Assembly: GCF_965262435.1 (NCBI RefSeq)
Contig: NZ_OZ253537.1
Span: forward strand, 825,332 to 889,331
Direction of reading: 5' to 3'
Origin: Roseateles sp.
GTDB lineage: Bacteria; Pseudomonadota; Gammaproteobacteria; Burkholderiales; Burkholderiaceae_C
Length of the DNA stretch: 64,000 bases
Shown: in pieces, positions 49,934 through 58,284 of the stretch
How positions within the stretch are numbered: the first letter of the stretch is position 1
Layout of the letters: each line of letters opens with the position of its first letter
Notes under the pieces: model-generated
Database searches by the model: none
Seen by the model: only the letters and a program-made list of their open reading frames with translations
What the model was told of the DNA's origin: nothing
Translations under genes and position numbers: made by a program

Positions 49934-50587
49934 TCAAAGCGGCTTGAAGAAAGGCCCCAAGCCCTGTTCTGCCTCGCTCATGAGCTGGACTTCAGGACGG
50001 CGCAGAAAGCGCCGGTCGAGGGGGCGGGCCTGACGGATGCGGTCCAGGCGGAAGCATCGGGTGGCTTGTTTGTTCACATCCCAGGCCAGCAGGTACCAGG
50101 CTGGTGCGTTGATCAGCAGGTAATGGGGCTCGATCTCGCGCTCGCTGCTCTGGCTGGTGCCGTCCTGGTAGCGAATGTGCAGGCATTGCTGGGCGAAAAA
50201 GGCTTGCTGCACCTCGGCCAGCGCGGCCGGGCGCGGCGGGCGCCAGTCGGCGCGCACGGCTTCGGAGGCGGCGGCGCCTACACGCACACGCTGGCGCAGC
50301 GCTTGTTGGGCGCCGCGTTCAGCGCCGCTGAAGACCAGGCCCATCATCACGGTGATCAGCTCGCGCTGGCTCAGGGCCGTGCGAGGCAGGCTGCTGCGCC
50401 GCGCCAGGCGCACGCCACCGCCACGTCCGGGTTCGCTGTCCAGAACACAACCTTCCTGCTGCAGCTGGGCCAGCCCACGCCGTACGCTGCGCACGCTCAG
50501 GCCCAGCTCCTGCGCGAGCAGGGCGGCCGTCCAGCGTTCGCCATTGGCCAGGAGGCCCAGCAGGCGTTCGCTGCTACGACTGCTCAC
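49934..50587 (-). CDS. HTH-WYL (YafY-like) transcriptional regulator
   Basis: 'TAALLAQELG.SVRSVRR.L..L', 'PGRGGGVRL', 'REIEPHYL....WYLLAWD....RCFRLDRI'. Confidence 0.92.
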   Translation of the reverse strand: MSSRSSERLLGLLANGERWTAALLAQELGLSVRSVRRGLAQLQQEGCVLDSEPGRGGGVRLARRSSLPRTALSQRELITVMMGLVFSGAERGAQQALRQRVRVGAAASEAVRADWRPPRPAALAEVQQAFFAQQCLHIRYQDGTSQSSEREIEPHYLLINAPAWYLLAWDVNKQATRCFRLDRIRQARPLDRRFLRRPEVQLMSEAEQGLGPFFKPL

Positions 50588-50610
50588 CGGGCACTCGCCG
50601 CGGGCAAAGG

Positions 50611-50625
50611 TGACAGTTTTTGGCA
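50611..50625. promoter_or_regulatory. putative WYL-regulator operator
   Basis: TGACA-GTTTT-TGGCA, an imperfect palindrome between the divergent WYL and ABM-like genes. Confidence 0.45.
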
Positions 50626-50767
50626 GCTTAGCTTTTCAGAATGGAAACCCAGGCGCTCGGTACAGGACCGGTCGCCGCTTGAGGGCAAGCCCGGCTCTGC
50701 CGTTGAACCGCTTCGCGGGGCGGCAGCGTTCAGCCCGCTGGGCAGTTTTGAAAGACAAGAGGAACTG

Positions 50768-51061
50768 ATGATGAGTGCAGCCATTGAAGTGGTTATGTTT
50801 GCCGGTGTGAACGGCGTGTCCAGGCAGCAGATGCAAGCCGCGGCCGCCGCGGTGACGCCCAGCTTGCAAAAGCTGGCCGGTTTTGTTTCGCGCAGCTTTG
50901 GTGTGAGCGCCGACGGGCGCTATGTTGACATCGTCTATTGGCATGATCAGGCGGCGGCGCTGAGTGCTGCCGAGCAGGTCATGAGCCTGCATGATTTCCG
51001 CAGCTTCTTCGCCTTGATCGAGCCGGGCTCGGTGCAGATGATGCATTTCGAGCAGGGTTGA
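50768..51061 (+). CDS. ABM-like (dimeric alpha/beta barrel) small protein
   Basis: 'IEVVMF...GV....L....GFVSR.F....DGRYVDIVYW....AL.AA'; GAGGA RBS. Confidence 0.7.
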   Translation: MMSAAIEVVMFAGVNGVSRQQMQAAAAAVTPSLQKLAGFVSRSFGVSADGRYVDIVYWHDQAAALSAAEQVMSLHDFRSFFALIEPGSVQMMHFEQG

Positions 51062-51083
51062 GTCGCTGCCCAGAGGCGACGCC

Positions 51084-51560
51084 TCAGTTTGCGGCCTGTG
51101 TGACCGGCAGGCTGGTGCGCGCAATCACCTGCTGCAGCACAAAGCTCGAGTGCACGCCGGTGACGCCCTGGATGCGAGTCAGCTTGCCCAGCAGCAGGCT
51201 TTGGAAATGGTCCATGTCGCGGACGATGATCTTGAGCTGGTAGTCGGCCGCCTGGCCGGTGATGAGCAGGCATTCCAGCACCTCGGGCAGCACCCGCACC
51301 GAGGCCTCGAAATTGGCAAAGCGCTCGGGCGTGTGCTGGTCCATGGAGATGTGCACCAGGGCCATCAGCGCCAGGCCCAGCTTTTTGGCGTCCAGCAGGG
51401 CGCGGTAGCCGGTGATCAGGCCGCTTTCTTCCAGCGCCCGCACCCGCCGCAAGCAGGGCGAGGGCGAGAGGCCCACGCGCTCGGCCAGGTCCTGGTTGGC
51501 GATGCGGCCGTCTTCCTGTAGTACATCGAGAATCTGGCGGTCAATGCGGTCCAATTCCAT
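51084..51560 (-). CDS. Lrp/AsnC family transcriptional regulator
   Basis: 'LDRIDRQILDVLQEDGRIANQDLAERVGLSPSPCLRRVRALEE', 'ITGQAADY.LK'. Confidence 0.95.
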   Translation of the reverse strand: MELDRIDRQILDVLQEDGRIANQDLAERVGLSPSPCLRRVRALEESGLITGYRALLDAKKLGLALMALVHISMDQHTPERFANFEASVRVLPEVLECLLITGQAADYQLKIIVRDMDHFQSLLLGKLTRIQGVTGVHSSFVLQQVIARTSLPVTQAAN

Positions 51561-51586
51561 GGTGATGCTCTTGTTGATTTGAATGG

Positions 51587-51640
51587 CGCAATTTTCTGCC
51601 AAACAAAGACAGAAGTCTGCCATCTTCGCAATTTTCTGCC
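51587..51640 (+). promoter_or_regulatory. 14-bp direct repeat, candidate Lrp-binding sites
   Basis: cgcaattttctgcc at 51587-51600 and 51627-51640, upstream of a -10-like TACACT at 51654-51659. Confidence 0.55.
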
Positions 51641-51666
51641 CGAGCCCGCGGCCTACACTGAAAGCA

Positions 51667-51832
51667 CTGCGAGAGATCGCGACACACCACCGCCGAGCCG
51701 GACCCCGGCCCGGCGGACATGCAGCCCCGCGGCATCCCCGCGCGGTGCAGGGCCGGCGCCAAGAGCGCCGCAACTTCAGCCCCTGCAGCCCCGAGAACCC
51801 CGAGCACCACAAGCGCTTGGGGTTTTTTCTTT
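51667..51832 (+). ncRNA. putative structured sRNA or attenuator leader
   Basis: Successive hairpins (ccgccgagccgg-acc-ccggcccggcgg; ggcgc-caaga-gcgcc) ending in terminator aaccccgagc..gcttggggtt plus a U-run. Confidence 0.45.
51796..51832 (+). terminator. intrinsic terminator
   Basis: 10-bp stem (one G-U pair) followed by a T-run then CTTT. Confidence 0.75.
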
Positions 51833-52032
51833 GCGGCTGACTCTTTCATTCACTTCCCTAGGGCGTGCGCTTTGCGCAGAAGCCCAGCCCAGCCGTGCCC
51901 GGGCCGGCCCCGAAGCTGGGCACAATGGCGAGCGCGCAACCGTTTGCGCGTGGATGGCGAGCCGCTTCGGGCCGTGCATCCTGGCCCTCCCTTTCTCTCT
52001 GTTTCTCTCCGTTTCTTTGAGCTGGATTCCTC

Positions 52033-52902
52033 TTGCAGATCGCTTTCCGCCCCCTCGCCTCCCTCGCCTCCCTCGTTTCTTCAGCTCCTTCCGCCTCCTC
52101 CCTCCCACGCTTTCGCCCGCTGGCGCTGCTGGCCGGCTTGGCCCTGGCCGCGCCGCTGCTGCTGAGCAGCGCGCCGGCCCAAGCCTGGGGCGCCGAGGGC
52201 CACCGCCTGGTGGCCAGCGTGGCCGAGCAGGGCCTGAGCCCCGCCGCCCGCGCCGAGGTGCAGCGCCTGCTGGCGCTGGAGCCCGGCAGCACCCTGGCCT
52301 CCATCTCCACCTGGGCCGACGAGCACCGCTCGCCGCAGACCGGGCCCTGGCATTACGTGAACTTCCCGCGGGGCGGCGACTGCAGTTTTGAGCCAGCGCG
52401 AGACTGCGAGGACGGCGCTTGTGTGGTCGGCGCGATCGAGCGCCAGGTCGAGGTGCTGAAGAACGCCCGCGCCACGGACGAGGCGCGCCTCAAGGCGCTC
52501 AAGTACGTGGTCCATCTGGTGGCCGATGTGCACCAGCCCCTGCACGCCGGCTTTGCCGACGACCGCGGCGGCAACAGCTACCAGGTGCAGGGCTTCGGCC
52601 GCGGCTCGAACCTGCATTCGCTCTGGGACTCGGGCTTGATGCGCAACCGCGCCGGTGGCGCCGAGGCCTTGCAGCAAGAGCTGAGCGCCGGCCAGGGCAG
52701 CCAGCGCATGCCCGCCGCCGAGAGCCGCGCGGCGGCGCTGTGGGCGGGCGAGTCCTGCCGCCTGGTGGCCGCGCCGGGCTTTTACCCGGACGGCCACAAG
52801 GTCGACCAGAGCTATGCCGATGCCCATGAGCCGGCCCTGCGCCAACGCCTGAGCGAGGCCGCGCGCCGCTTGGCCGGGGTCTTGAACAGCAGCCTGCAGT
52901 AA
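52033..52902 (+). CDS. S1/P1 nuclease
   Basis: 'WGAEGH', 'STWADE', 'WHYVN', 'HLVADVHQPLH', 'NLHSLWD'; start uncertain. Confidence 0.93.
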   Translation: MQIAFRPLASLASLVSSAPSASSLPRFRPLALLAGLALAAPLLLSSAPAQAWGAEGHRLVASVAEQGLSPAARAEVQRLLALEPGSTLASISTWADEHRSPQTGPWHYVNFPRGGDCSFEPARDCEDGACVVGAIERQVEVLKNARATDEARLKALKYVVHLVADVHQPLHAGFADDRGGNSYQVQGFGRGSNLHSLWDSGLMRNRAGGAEALQQELSAGQGSQRMPAAESRAAALWAGESCRLVAAPGFYPDGHKVDQSYADAHEPALRQRLSEAARRLAGVLNSSLQ

Positions 52903-52908
52903 GGCGGC

Positions 52909-54102
52909 CTATTTGCCGACGCGCAGCTCCACCAGGTCAGAACCCTGGTGCCGCTGGGCGCTGAAGTGCAGGCGCAAGCCGCCGAGATCGAGCGCGCCCA
53001 GGGACTCCAGCGCCGGCGCGACGCTCTCGCGTGTCAAGGGTGGCTTGGCCCGGCGCAGGCCCTCAGCCAGGACGCGGGCTGCCACATAACCTTCAAGGCT
53101 GATGGAGTCAAAGTCATGCTCGCCGGCCGCCAGCATGGCTTGCTGGTACTCGGCCACGAGGGGTAGCTTGCGGTTCTCGGCATCGGGCATGACCTGGGCC
53201 AGGGTCAGGCCCTTCATGCCGGCGCCCAGCGCCTCGCGCAGTGGCTCCAGGCCGGCAAAAGAAAGGGTGTAGAAGCGGCCGCGAAAGCCTTGTTGCCGCG
53301 CTTCCCGAACGATGGCCGCGCAGCTGGCATAGCTGCTGACCATGAAGATGGCCTGGCTGCTGCCGGCGCTGGCGCTGCTTCGCTCCAGCAGCTCGCGCAC
53401 CGGGCTGGCGACATCGGCGCTGTTGCGCTTGACGGTGATCACCTGGCCCAGCTGCAGCTTGGCCTTCTGGGCGGCATCGCGGATAGCTTCCAGGCCGGAG
53501 CGGCCGAACAGATCGGCCTGGTAGATCACGTCGACCCGACGCACGCCGTCGCGGCGCATGGCCTGCGCCAGCGCCACGCCTTCCTGGGCATAGCTGGCCC
53601 GGACATTGAACACCTGGGCGTTGATGGGCTCGCGCAGCGCATCGGCGCCGCTGTAGGCGCCGACAAACGCCAGCTTGCTGCGCTTGACGAAGGGCAGGGC
53701 CGCCAGAGACGTCGGTGTGCCGACATAACCGAACAGCGCCAGGGTGCGGGCCTGTTCGATCAGCTGTCGGGTGTTGGCCTCGGTGCGCTCGGGTTCGTAG
53801 GCGTCATCGAGCAGGTCCAGCACCAGGCGTGAGCCATGGATGCCGCCATGCTGGTTGAGCTGCTTGAAATAGGCTCGCGCGCCGGCGTGGTAGCGCAGGC
53901 CCAAGGCGGCCGCAGGGCCGCTGAGTGCGGCCGAGGCGCCAATGTGGATCTCGGCCTGGCTGGGATCGCTGGCCCCGGCCGGCAGCGCGGCCAGCGCCAG
54001 TGTGCCGATCAGCGCGCCCAGCCCGGCCAGCCAAGCGCGGCGTGGAGACGCAAGAGGCCCGGAGGTCGAAGCAAGGTTGCGAGGCGAGTGGGCAAAGAGC
54101 AT
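52909..54102 (-). CDS. orphan ABC-type (branched-chain family) substrate-binding protein
   Basis: 'IHIGASAALSGPAA.LG', 'LDDAYEP', 'FGYVGTPT', 'EGYVAA'. Confidence 0.85.
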   Translation of the reverse strand: MLFAHSPRNLASTSGPLASPRRAWLAGLGALIGTLALAALPAGASDPSQAEIHIGASAALSGPAAALGLRYHAGARAYFKQLNQHGGIHGSRLVLDLLDDAYEPERTEANTRQLIEQARTLALFGYVGTPTSLAALPFVKRSKLAFVGAYSGADALREPINAQVFNVRASYAQEGVALAQAMRRDGVRRVDVIYQADLFGRSGLEAIRDAAQKAKLQLGQVITVKRNSADVASPVRELLERSSASAGSSQAIFMVSSYASCAAIVREARQQGFRGRFYTLSFAGLEPLREALGAGMKGLTLAQVMPDAENRKLPLVAEYQQAMLAAGEHDFDSISLEGYVAARVLAEGLRRAKPPLTRESVAPALESLGALDLGGLRLHFSAQRHQGSDLVELRVGK

Positions 54103-54420
54103 GGCTGAGGCGGGCGGCTCGGTCGGGTTCAGCTGGCCTGGAACCGCTGGATCCAGTCTAAGCGCTCGCTCGCCCGCTTTCGGGGCAGCCCGGCAGGGAA
54201 ATTGCTGCTTGGCCCCTGCTGCCCGCGTCAATCGAAACCCGTCACTCGCTCCGTCTTTCGTTTCCCCGCCCGCCCGTGCTCCCTCATTACCGGGCCCGGT
54301 GAAAGACGCTGGTGGAACGCCGCCATGCCCAATTCAGTCTTTGACGCCCGAAGCCGCTGCTGAGCAAATCTGCTTGGCCTTGGCGTTTGCCCGGCTGCCG
54401 TGCGGCCCGGCTTCACGCCA

Positions 54421-54960
54421 TCACGGTGCCGCAAACTCCTGCTCGTGCAGCCATGCAGCGTGCTTGACGGTGCGGCGGGTGCGGCTCCACTCCTCGATCA
54501 TGGCCGGTGCCAGCTCGCGCAAGCGCTCCAGCTGACCCGGCTTGACCGTGTTGGCCGCCAGCTCGATGCGGTGGCCGTTGGGGTCGTGCAGGTAGATGGA
54601 CTGGAAGATCTCGTGGTTGGTCGGGCCCACCACGTCGATGCCCAGGGCCACGAGCTTGGCCTTGGTGCGCTCCAGCGTGGCCACATCCTCGACCTGGAAA
54701 GCCAGGTGCTGCACCCAGGCCGGGGTGTTCTCGTCGCGGCCTTGCGGCGGCGACTCGGGCAGCTCGAAGAAGGCCAGCACATTGCCGCGGCCGGCGTCGA
54801 GGAAGATGTGCATGTAGGGGTTGGCCTCCTTGGTCGAGGGCACGCGGTCCTCGGAGATGGCCAGCAGCAGGTCCATGTCCAGCGCCTCTTTGTAGAAGCG
54901 GATGGTTTCCTGAACGTCGCGGCAGCGGTAGGCGACGTGGTGAATGCCTTGGGTCAACAT
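54421..54960 (-). CDS. VOC/glyoxalase family protein
   Basis: 'GIHHVAYRC', 'YMHIFLD.G.GN.LAFFE', 'QHLAF', 'SIY..DPNGHRIELA'. Confidence 0.9.
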   Translation of the reverse strand: MLTQGIHHVAYRCRDVQETIRFYKEALDMDLLLAISEDRVPSTKEANPYMHIFLDAGRGNVLAFFELPESPPQGRDENTPAWVQHLAFQVEDVATLERTKAKLVALGIDVVGPTNHEIFQSIYLHDPNGHRIELAANTVKPGQLERLRELAPAMIEEWSRTRRTVKHAAWLHEQEFAAP

Positions 54961-54989
54961 GATGGTTGTGGCTCCGTCAAGTTTGTGAG

Positions 54990-56033
54990 TTAGATAACGC
55001 CGCGGCGTTCCTGGTCTTTTTCGAGGGAGCGAAAAAGGGCACCGAAGTTGCCTTCGCCGAAACCGAGGTTGTTGCTGCGCTGGATGATCTCGATAAAGAT
55101 CGGGCCGATGATGTTTTTGGTGAAGATCTGCAGCAGATAGCCCTGCTCGTCGCCATCGACCAGCACCTGGTGCTGCTGAATGCGGGCATGGTCTTCTCGC
55201 ACACCTTGCACGCGGTCGAAGACCTCCGCGTAGTAATCGGCGTCGATTTCCAGGGTCTCGATGCCACTGCCTTGCAGCTGGTCCAGCGAGCCGAGGATGT
55301 CGTTCGTCAGGAAGGCCAGATGCTGAACGCCCGGGCCCTTGTACTCGCGCAGGTATTCGGCGATCTGGTCTTTGTCGTCCTTGGGCTGGTTGATGGGGAT
55401 GCAGAAGCTGCCATCGGGCGAGCGCAGGGCGAAGCTGGTCAGGCCGGTCTTGGCCCCCTGGATGTCGAAGTAGCGCACTTCCGTGAAGCCGAAGATGCCT
55501 TTGTAGAAGGCGGCCCACTTGTCCTGCTCGCCCGGGGGCACGTTGTTGGTCAGGTGGTCCACGGTCAGGAAGCCCTTGTCCGGCTGGATCACCGGAGCAT
55601 CGAGTGCCACGAAATCGCGCTCGTAGATGCTGGCGCCGGCCGGGTGGGCCTCGATGAAATAGATGATGGATTCGCCGATGCCCCAGACGGCTGGGTAGGC
55701 ATGGTCTTTCATGGCAGCGGGCACGGCCACGGCGCCGCGGGACACGGCGGCGGCCAGGGCAGTAGCGGCGTTCTCGACACGCCAGCCCATGGCGCTGATC
55801 GAGGGGCCGTGGCGGCGCGAGAACTGGGCCGAGTGGCCCGCGCGTTCGCCGTTGAGCAGGAAGTGGATGTCGTTCTGGCGGTAGTAGCTGATGGCCTTGC
55901 TCGGGTGGCGGCGCAGCTTGGAGAAACCAAAAGAAAGGAAGAGCGCGTCCAGCTGCTCCAGAGTCGGGCCGCAGAATTCGGTGAATTCGATGCCGGTCAG
56001 GCCGACGGGGTTGCTGGGGCTGATGATGCTCAT
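54990..56033 (-). CDS. hppD: 4-hydroxyphenylpyruvate dioxygenase
   Basis: 'GIEFTEF', 'VDHLTNNV', 'GPGVQHLAF', 'LLQIFT', 'FIEIIQR...GFGEGNF.ALF.SLE.DQ.RRG'. Confidence 0.95.
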   Translation of the reverse strand: MSIISPSNPVGLTGIEFTEFCGPTLEQLDALFLSFGFSKLRRHPSKAISYYRQNDIHFLLNGERAGHSAQFSRRHGPSISAMGWRVENAATALAAAVSRGAVAVPAAMKDHAYPAVWGIGESIIYFIEAHPAGASIYERDFVALDAPVIQPDKGFLTVDHLTNNVPPGEQDKWAAFYKGIFGFTEVRYFDIQGAKTGLTSFALRSPDGSFCIPINQPKDDKDQIAEYLREYKGPGVQHLAFLTNDILGSLDQLQGSGIETLEIDADYYAEVFDRVQGVREDHARIQQHQVLVDGDEQGYLLQIFTKNIIGPIFIEIIQRSNNLGFGEGNFGALFRSLEKDQERRGVI

Positions 56034-56161
56034 GACGCGGGTCTCCAGGTGTTGGTGTTGGCTTGTGGCTTCGCCCCTCGTGGCGATGGAGCGCATTCTT
56101 CGCTCGCCGATGCTTCAAAGAAAGCGAATTTCTTCGTCGTTCTTGATCAATAATTTCGAAC

Positions 56162-57049
56162 ATGAAGTTGGATCTCGAAGCCTTGTCTGCACTGGACGCG
56201 GTGGTGCGCCATGGCAGTTTTGCGCGCGCCGCCGAGGCCTTGCACAAGGTCACGTCGGCCGTCAGCTACCAGGTCAAGAAATTGGAAGAGCAGCTGAACC
56301 TGACCTTGGTCGACCGCAGCGCCTACCGTGTTCGCCTGACGGCCGAGGGCGATGCCGTGCTGGCTGAGGGCCGGCGCCTGCTGCGCCAGGCCTACCAAGT
56401 CGAGGCCCTGGCCCAGCAACTGGCCTCGGGCTGGGAGGCTCGCCTGCTGGTGGTGGTGGACGGCATCCTGCCTCTGGCCGACACCTTGCGGGCGCTCAAG
56501 CAACTGGTCGACGAAGGCGTGCCGACCCGGGTGCAGCTGAAGATCGAATTTCTGGGTGGCGTGCAGCACCGCTTCGAAAAGGAGCAGGCCGATCTGATGT
56601 TGGTCAAGGAGTACCAGCCCTCGGCGCTGCTGCAAGCCCAAGCGAAGGACGACGTGGAGTGCGTGCTTTGCGTGGCGCCCGAGCATGCGCTGGCCCGGCT
56701 GGCCGCGGACGCCGGGCGGCCCTTGCGGCTGGAGGAGTTGCAAGACCATGTCGAGCTCAGCGTGCAGGACAGCAGCGACCAGGGCAGCGACCGCCAGATG
56801 TTCGGCGGCGAGCGGGTGTTCTACCTGTCTGGCTTTGTTGCCAAGCGCCAGGCCTTGCTGATGGGCATGGGCTTTGGCTGGATGCCTCGCTACCTGGTCG
56901 ACGAGCCCTTGGCCGCTGGCCAGCTGGTCGAGCTGCCCTACCAGGGCGGCTCTCGATTTCGCTTCACCCCCTGGCTGGTCCAGCGCCTCGACCGCCCACC
57001 CGGCCGCGCTGGTCAGCGTCTGATCGAGCTGCTCAGCCGGGCTGCTTGA
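56162..57049 (+). CDS. LysR-family regulator divergent from hppD
   Basis: 'GSFARAAEALHKVTSAVSYQVKKLE', 'GMGFGWMP'. Confidence 0.92.
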   Translation: MKLDLEALSALDAVVRHGSFARAAEALHKVTSAVSYQVKKLEEQLNLTLVDRSAYRVRLTAEGDAVLAEGRRLLRQAYQVEALAQQLASGWEARLLVVVDGILPLADTLRALKQLVDEGVPTRVQLKIEFLGGVQHRFEKEQADLMLVKEYQPSALLQAQAKDDVECVLCVAPEHALARLAADAGRPLRLEELQDHVELSVQDSSDQGSDRQMFGGERVFYLSGFVAKRQALLMGMGFGWMPRYLVDEPLAAGQLVELPYQGGSRFRFTPWLVQRLDRPPGRAGQRLIELLSRAA

Positions 57050-57165
57050 TTGGATCGTTAGTTCCTGGCGACTGGAAGCAGCACACAGCAGCCTCCTAGT
57101 TTTCCCTCGTGAGGCCCTGCAGTCCGGGCCGCCGCCGAGCTCATGGTTCCGGGGTTGGCCCTCAC

Positions 57166-57320
57166 GGGCCGACTGCCTTGCGCTGCTCGCGCCTCGGGGC
57201 CGGCGCATAACTCACTGCACTCACTGCGCTCGTTCCGTTCAAACAGACGCGCCAAGTCAGAGCTTGAAGCGCGCGGGTACGCGCGCGCCCCGAGCCGCTG
57301 CGCTGCTCAGCCCTTCACAA
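57166..57320. repeat. structured interspersed repeat (REP/MITE-like)
   Basis: ctcggggc..gccccgag and ggcgc..gcgcc pairings, direct repeat tgcgctgctc at 57179 and 57299, core 'ataactcactgcactcactgcgctcgttccgttcaaacaga'. Confidence 0.55.
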
Positions 57321-57532
57321 ATCGCCCGGCGGCGGGCCGAGCCACCGCAGCGCGCAAACCCGGATACCGAACTTCCGCTATGTGCTGCGACCTGCCACTC
57401 GCGCTGCCCAAAAAAAGAGGCGCAAGCCGCCTGAAGCTGCTTGCGCCTTGTAAAACCGGGCAGGTGAGGAGTCGGGCCGGAGCCCGGCCCGCCCGGGCCA
57501 GGGAAAGTCGAAATCGAGTTCTGTGAAGCGGA

Positions 57533-58102
57533 TCAGGACTTGGCCGGCGTGGCTTCAGTCTTGGCCGCAGCTGGGGTGGCGCTGGGCGTGGTCACCGCAG
57601 CAGCAGCCTCCGTGGCAGGCTTCTTGGGCGTGGCCGGGCCGGCACCGTCGGTCTTGTTCACCGGGCTGGGCATGGCTGTTGCTGCCACCGGGGCGGCGGT
57701 AGCGGCCGGCGTGGCTGCAGCGGTGGTGGCCGGCTTGGCCGTGGGGGCTGCTGTCACAGTCGGGGTGGCAGTCGCGGCAGCCGTGGTCACAGAGGCTGCT
57801 GCTGGCGTGGCTTGGCTGGTCTTGGCAGCGGCCGGGGCAGCTTTGTGGGCGTGGGCCTTCTTGTGCTCGGCCTTGTGCTCCATCTTCGCTGCACCGGTAT
57901 GCTGCTCGGTTTTTGCGTTAGCCTCCTTGGTGGCAGGTGCCGCGGTCGTTGCGGTGGCAGCCGGTGCCGTGGTGGTGGCTGCGGTGGCCGTGGGGTTGGC
58001 GCTGACCGGCTTGGTAGCTTCGGCGGCCATGGCGCTACCCAAGGACAGAGCCAGCAGCGCGGGGATCAGAGCGGTCTTCAGAGCGTTGGACTTGGTGTTC
58101 AT
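57533..58102 (-). CDS. exported Ala/Thr/Pro/Lys-rich low-complexity protein
   Basis: Signal peptide 'MNTKSNALKTALIPALLALSLGSAMA', GGAGA RBS, AT-rich promoter gap upstream. Confidence 0.75.
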   Translation of the reverse strand: MNTKSNALKTALIPALLALSLGSAMAAEATKPVSANPTATAATTTAPAATATTAAPATKEANAKTEQHTGAAKMEHKAEHKKAHAHKAAPAAAKTSQATPAAASVTTAAATATPTVTAAPTAKPATTAAATPAATAAPVAATAMPSPVNKTDGAGPATPKKPATEAAAAVTTPSATPAAAKTEATPAKS

Positions 58103-58229
58103 CAGGATTTCTCCAAGGGTTGCGAAAGGTACCTGCACAACGACGCCCGATGAGCCGTCGTTGACCCTGTTTCCTCTTCCTTGCAAAGCGTTACACGTGT
58201 CACATATCGGCACTTCGATGGGTCGGGGT

Positions 58230-58258
58230 AAATAAAAAGGGGCGCAAAACGCGCCCCT
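58230..58258 (-). terminator. intrinsic terminator after the M13 peptidase
   Basis: Minus strand AGGGGCGC-GTTTT-GCGCCCCT-TTTTATTT. Confidence 0.8.
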
Positions 58259-58284
58259 GTGGGTGTTGGCCGCCGCTGCGCTGA

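Noticed and set aside
49910-51061. 383-aa ORF spanning the WYL gene
   Set aside because: The N-terminal part is antisense shadow of the WYL gene; the real gene starts at 50768 after an RBS.
51750-51800. Resemblance of 'ccaagagcgccgcaac' to the SAH riboswitch 5' segment
   Set aside because: The partner CCAGGCTCGG segment is absent and the downstream gene is unrelated to SAM recycling.
51985-52110. Pyrimidine-rich tract with a short cctcgcctc tandem repeat
   Set aside because: Only 2-3 units, overlapping a Ser/Leu/Pro-rich leader; no array structure.
54421-56253. Apparent 610-aa ORF ending in a VOC domain
   Set aside because: Only the last 179 codons (from 54960) are a real VOC gene; the upstream part is an off-frame overlap of hppD, not a fusion.
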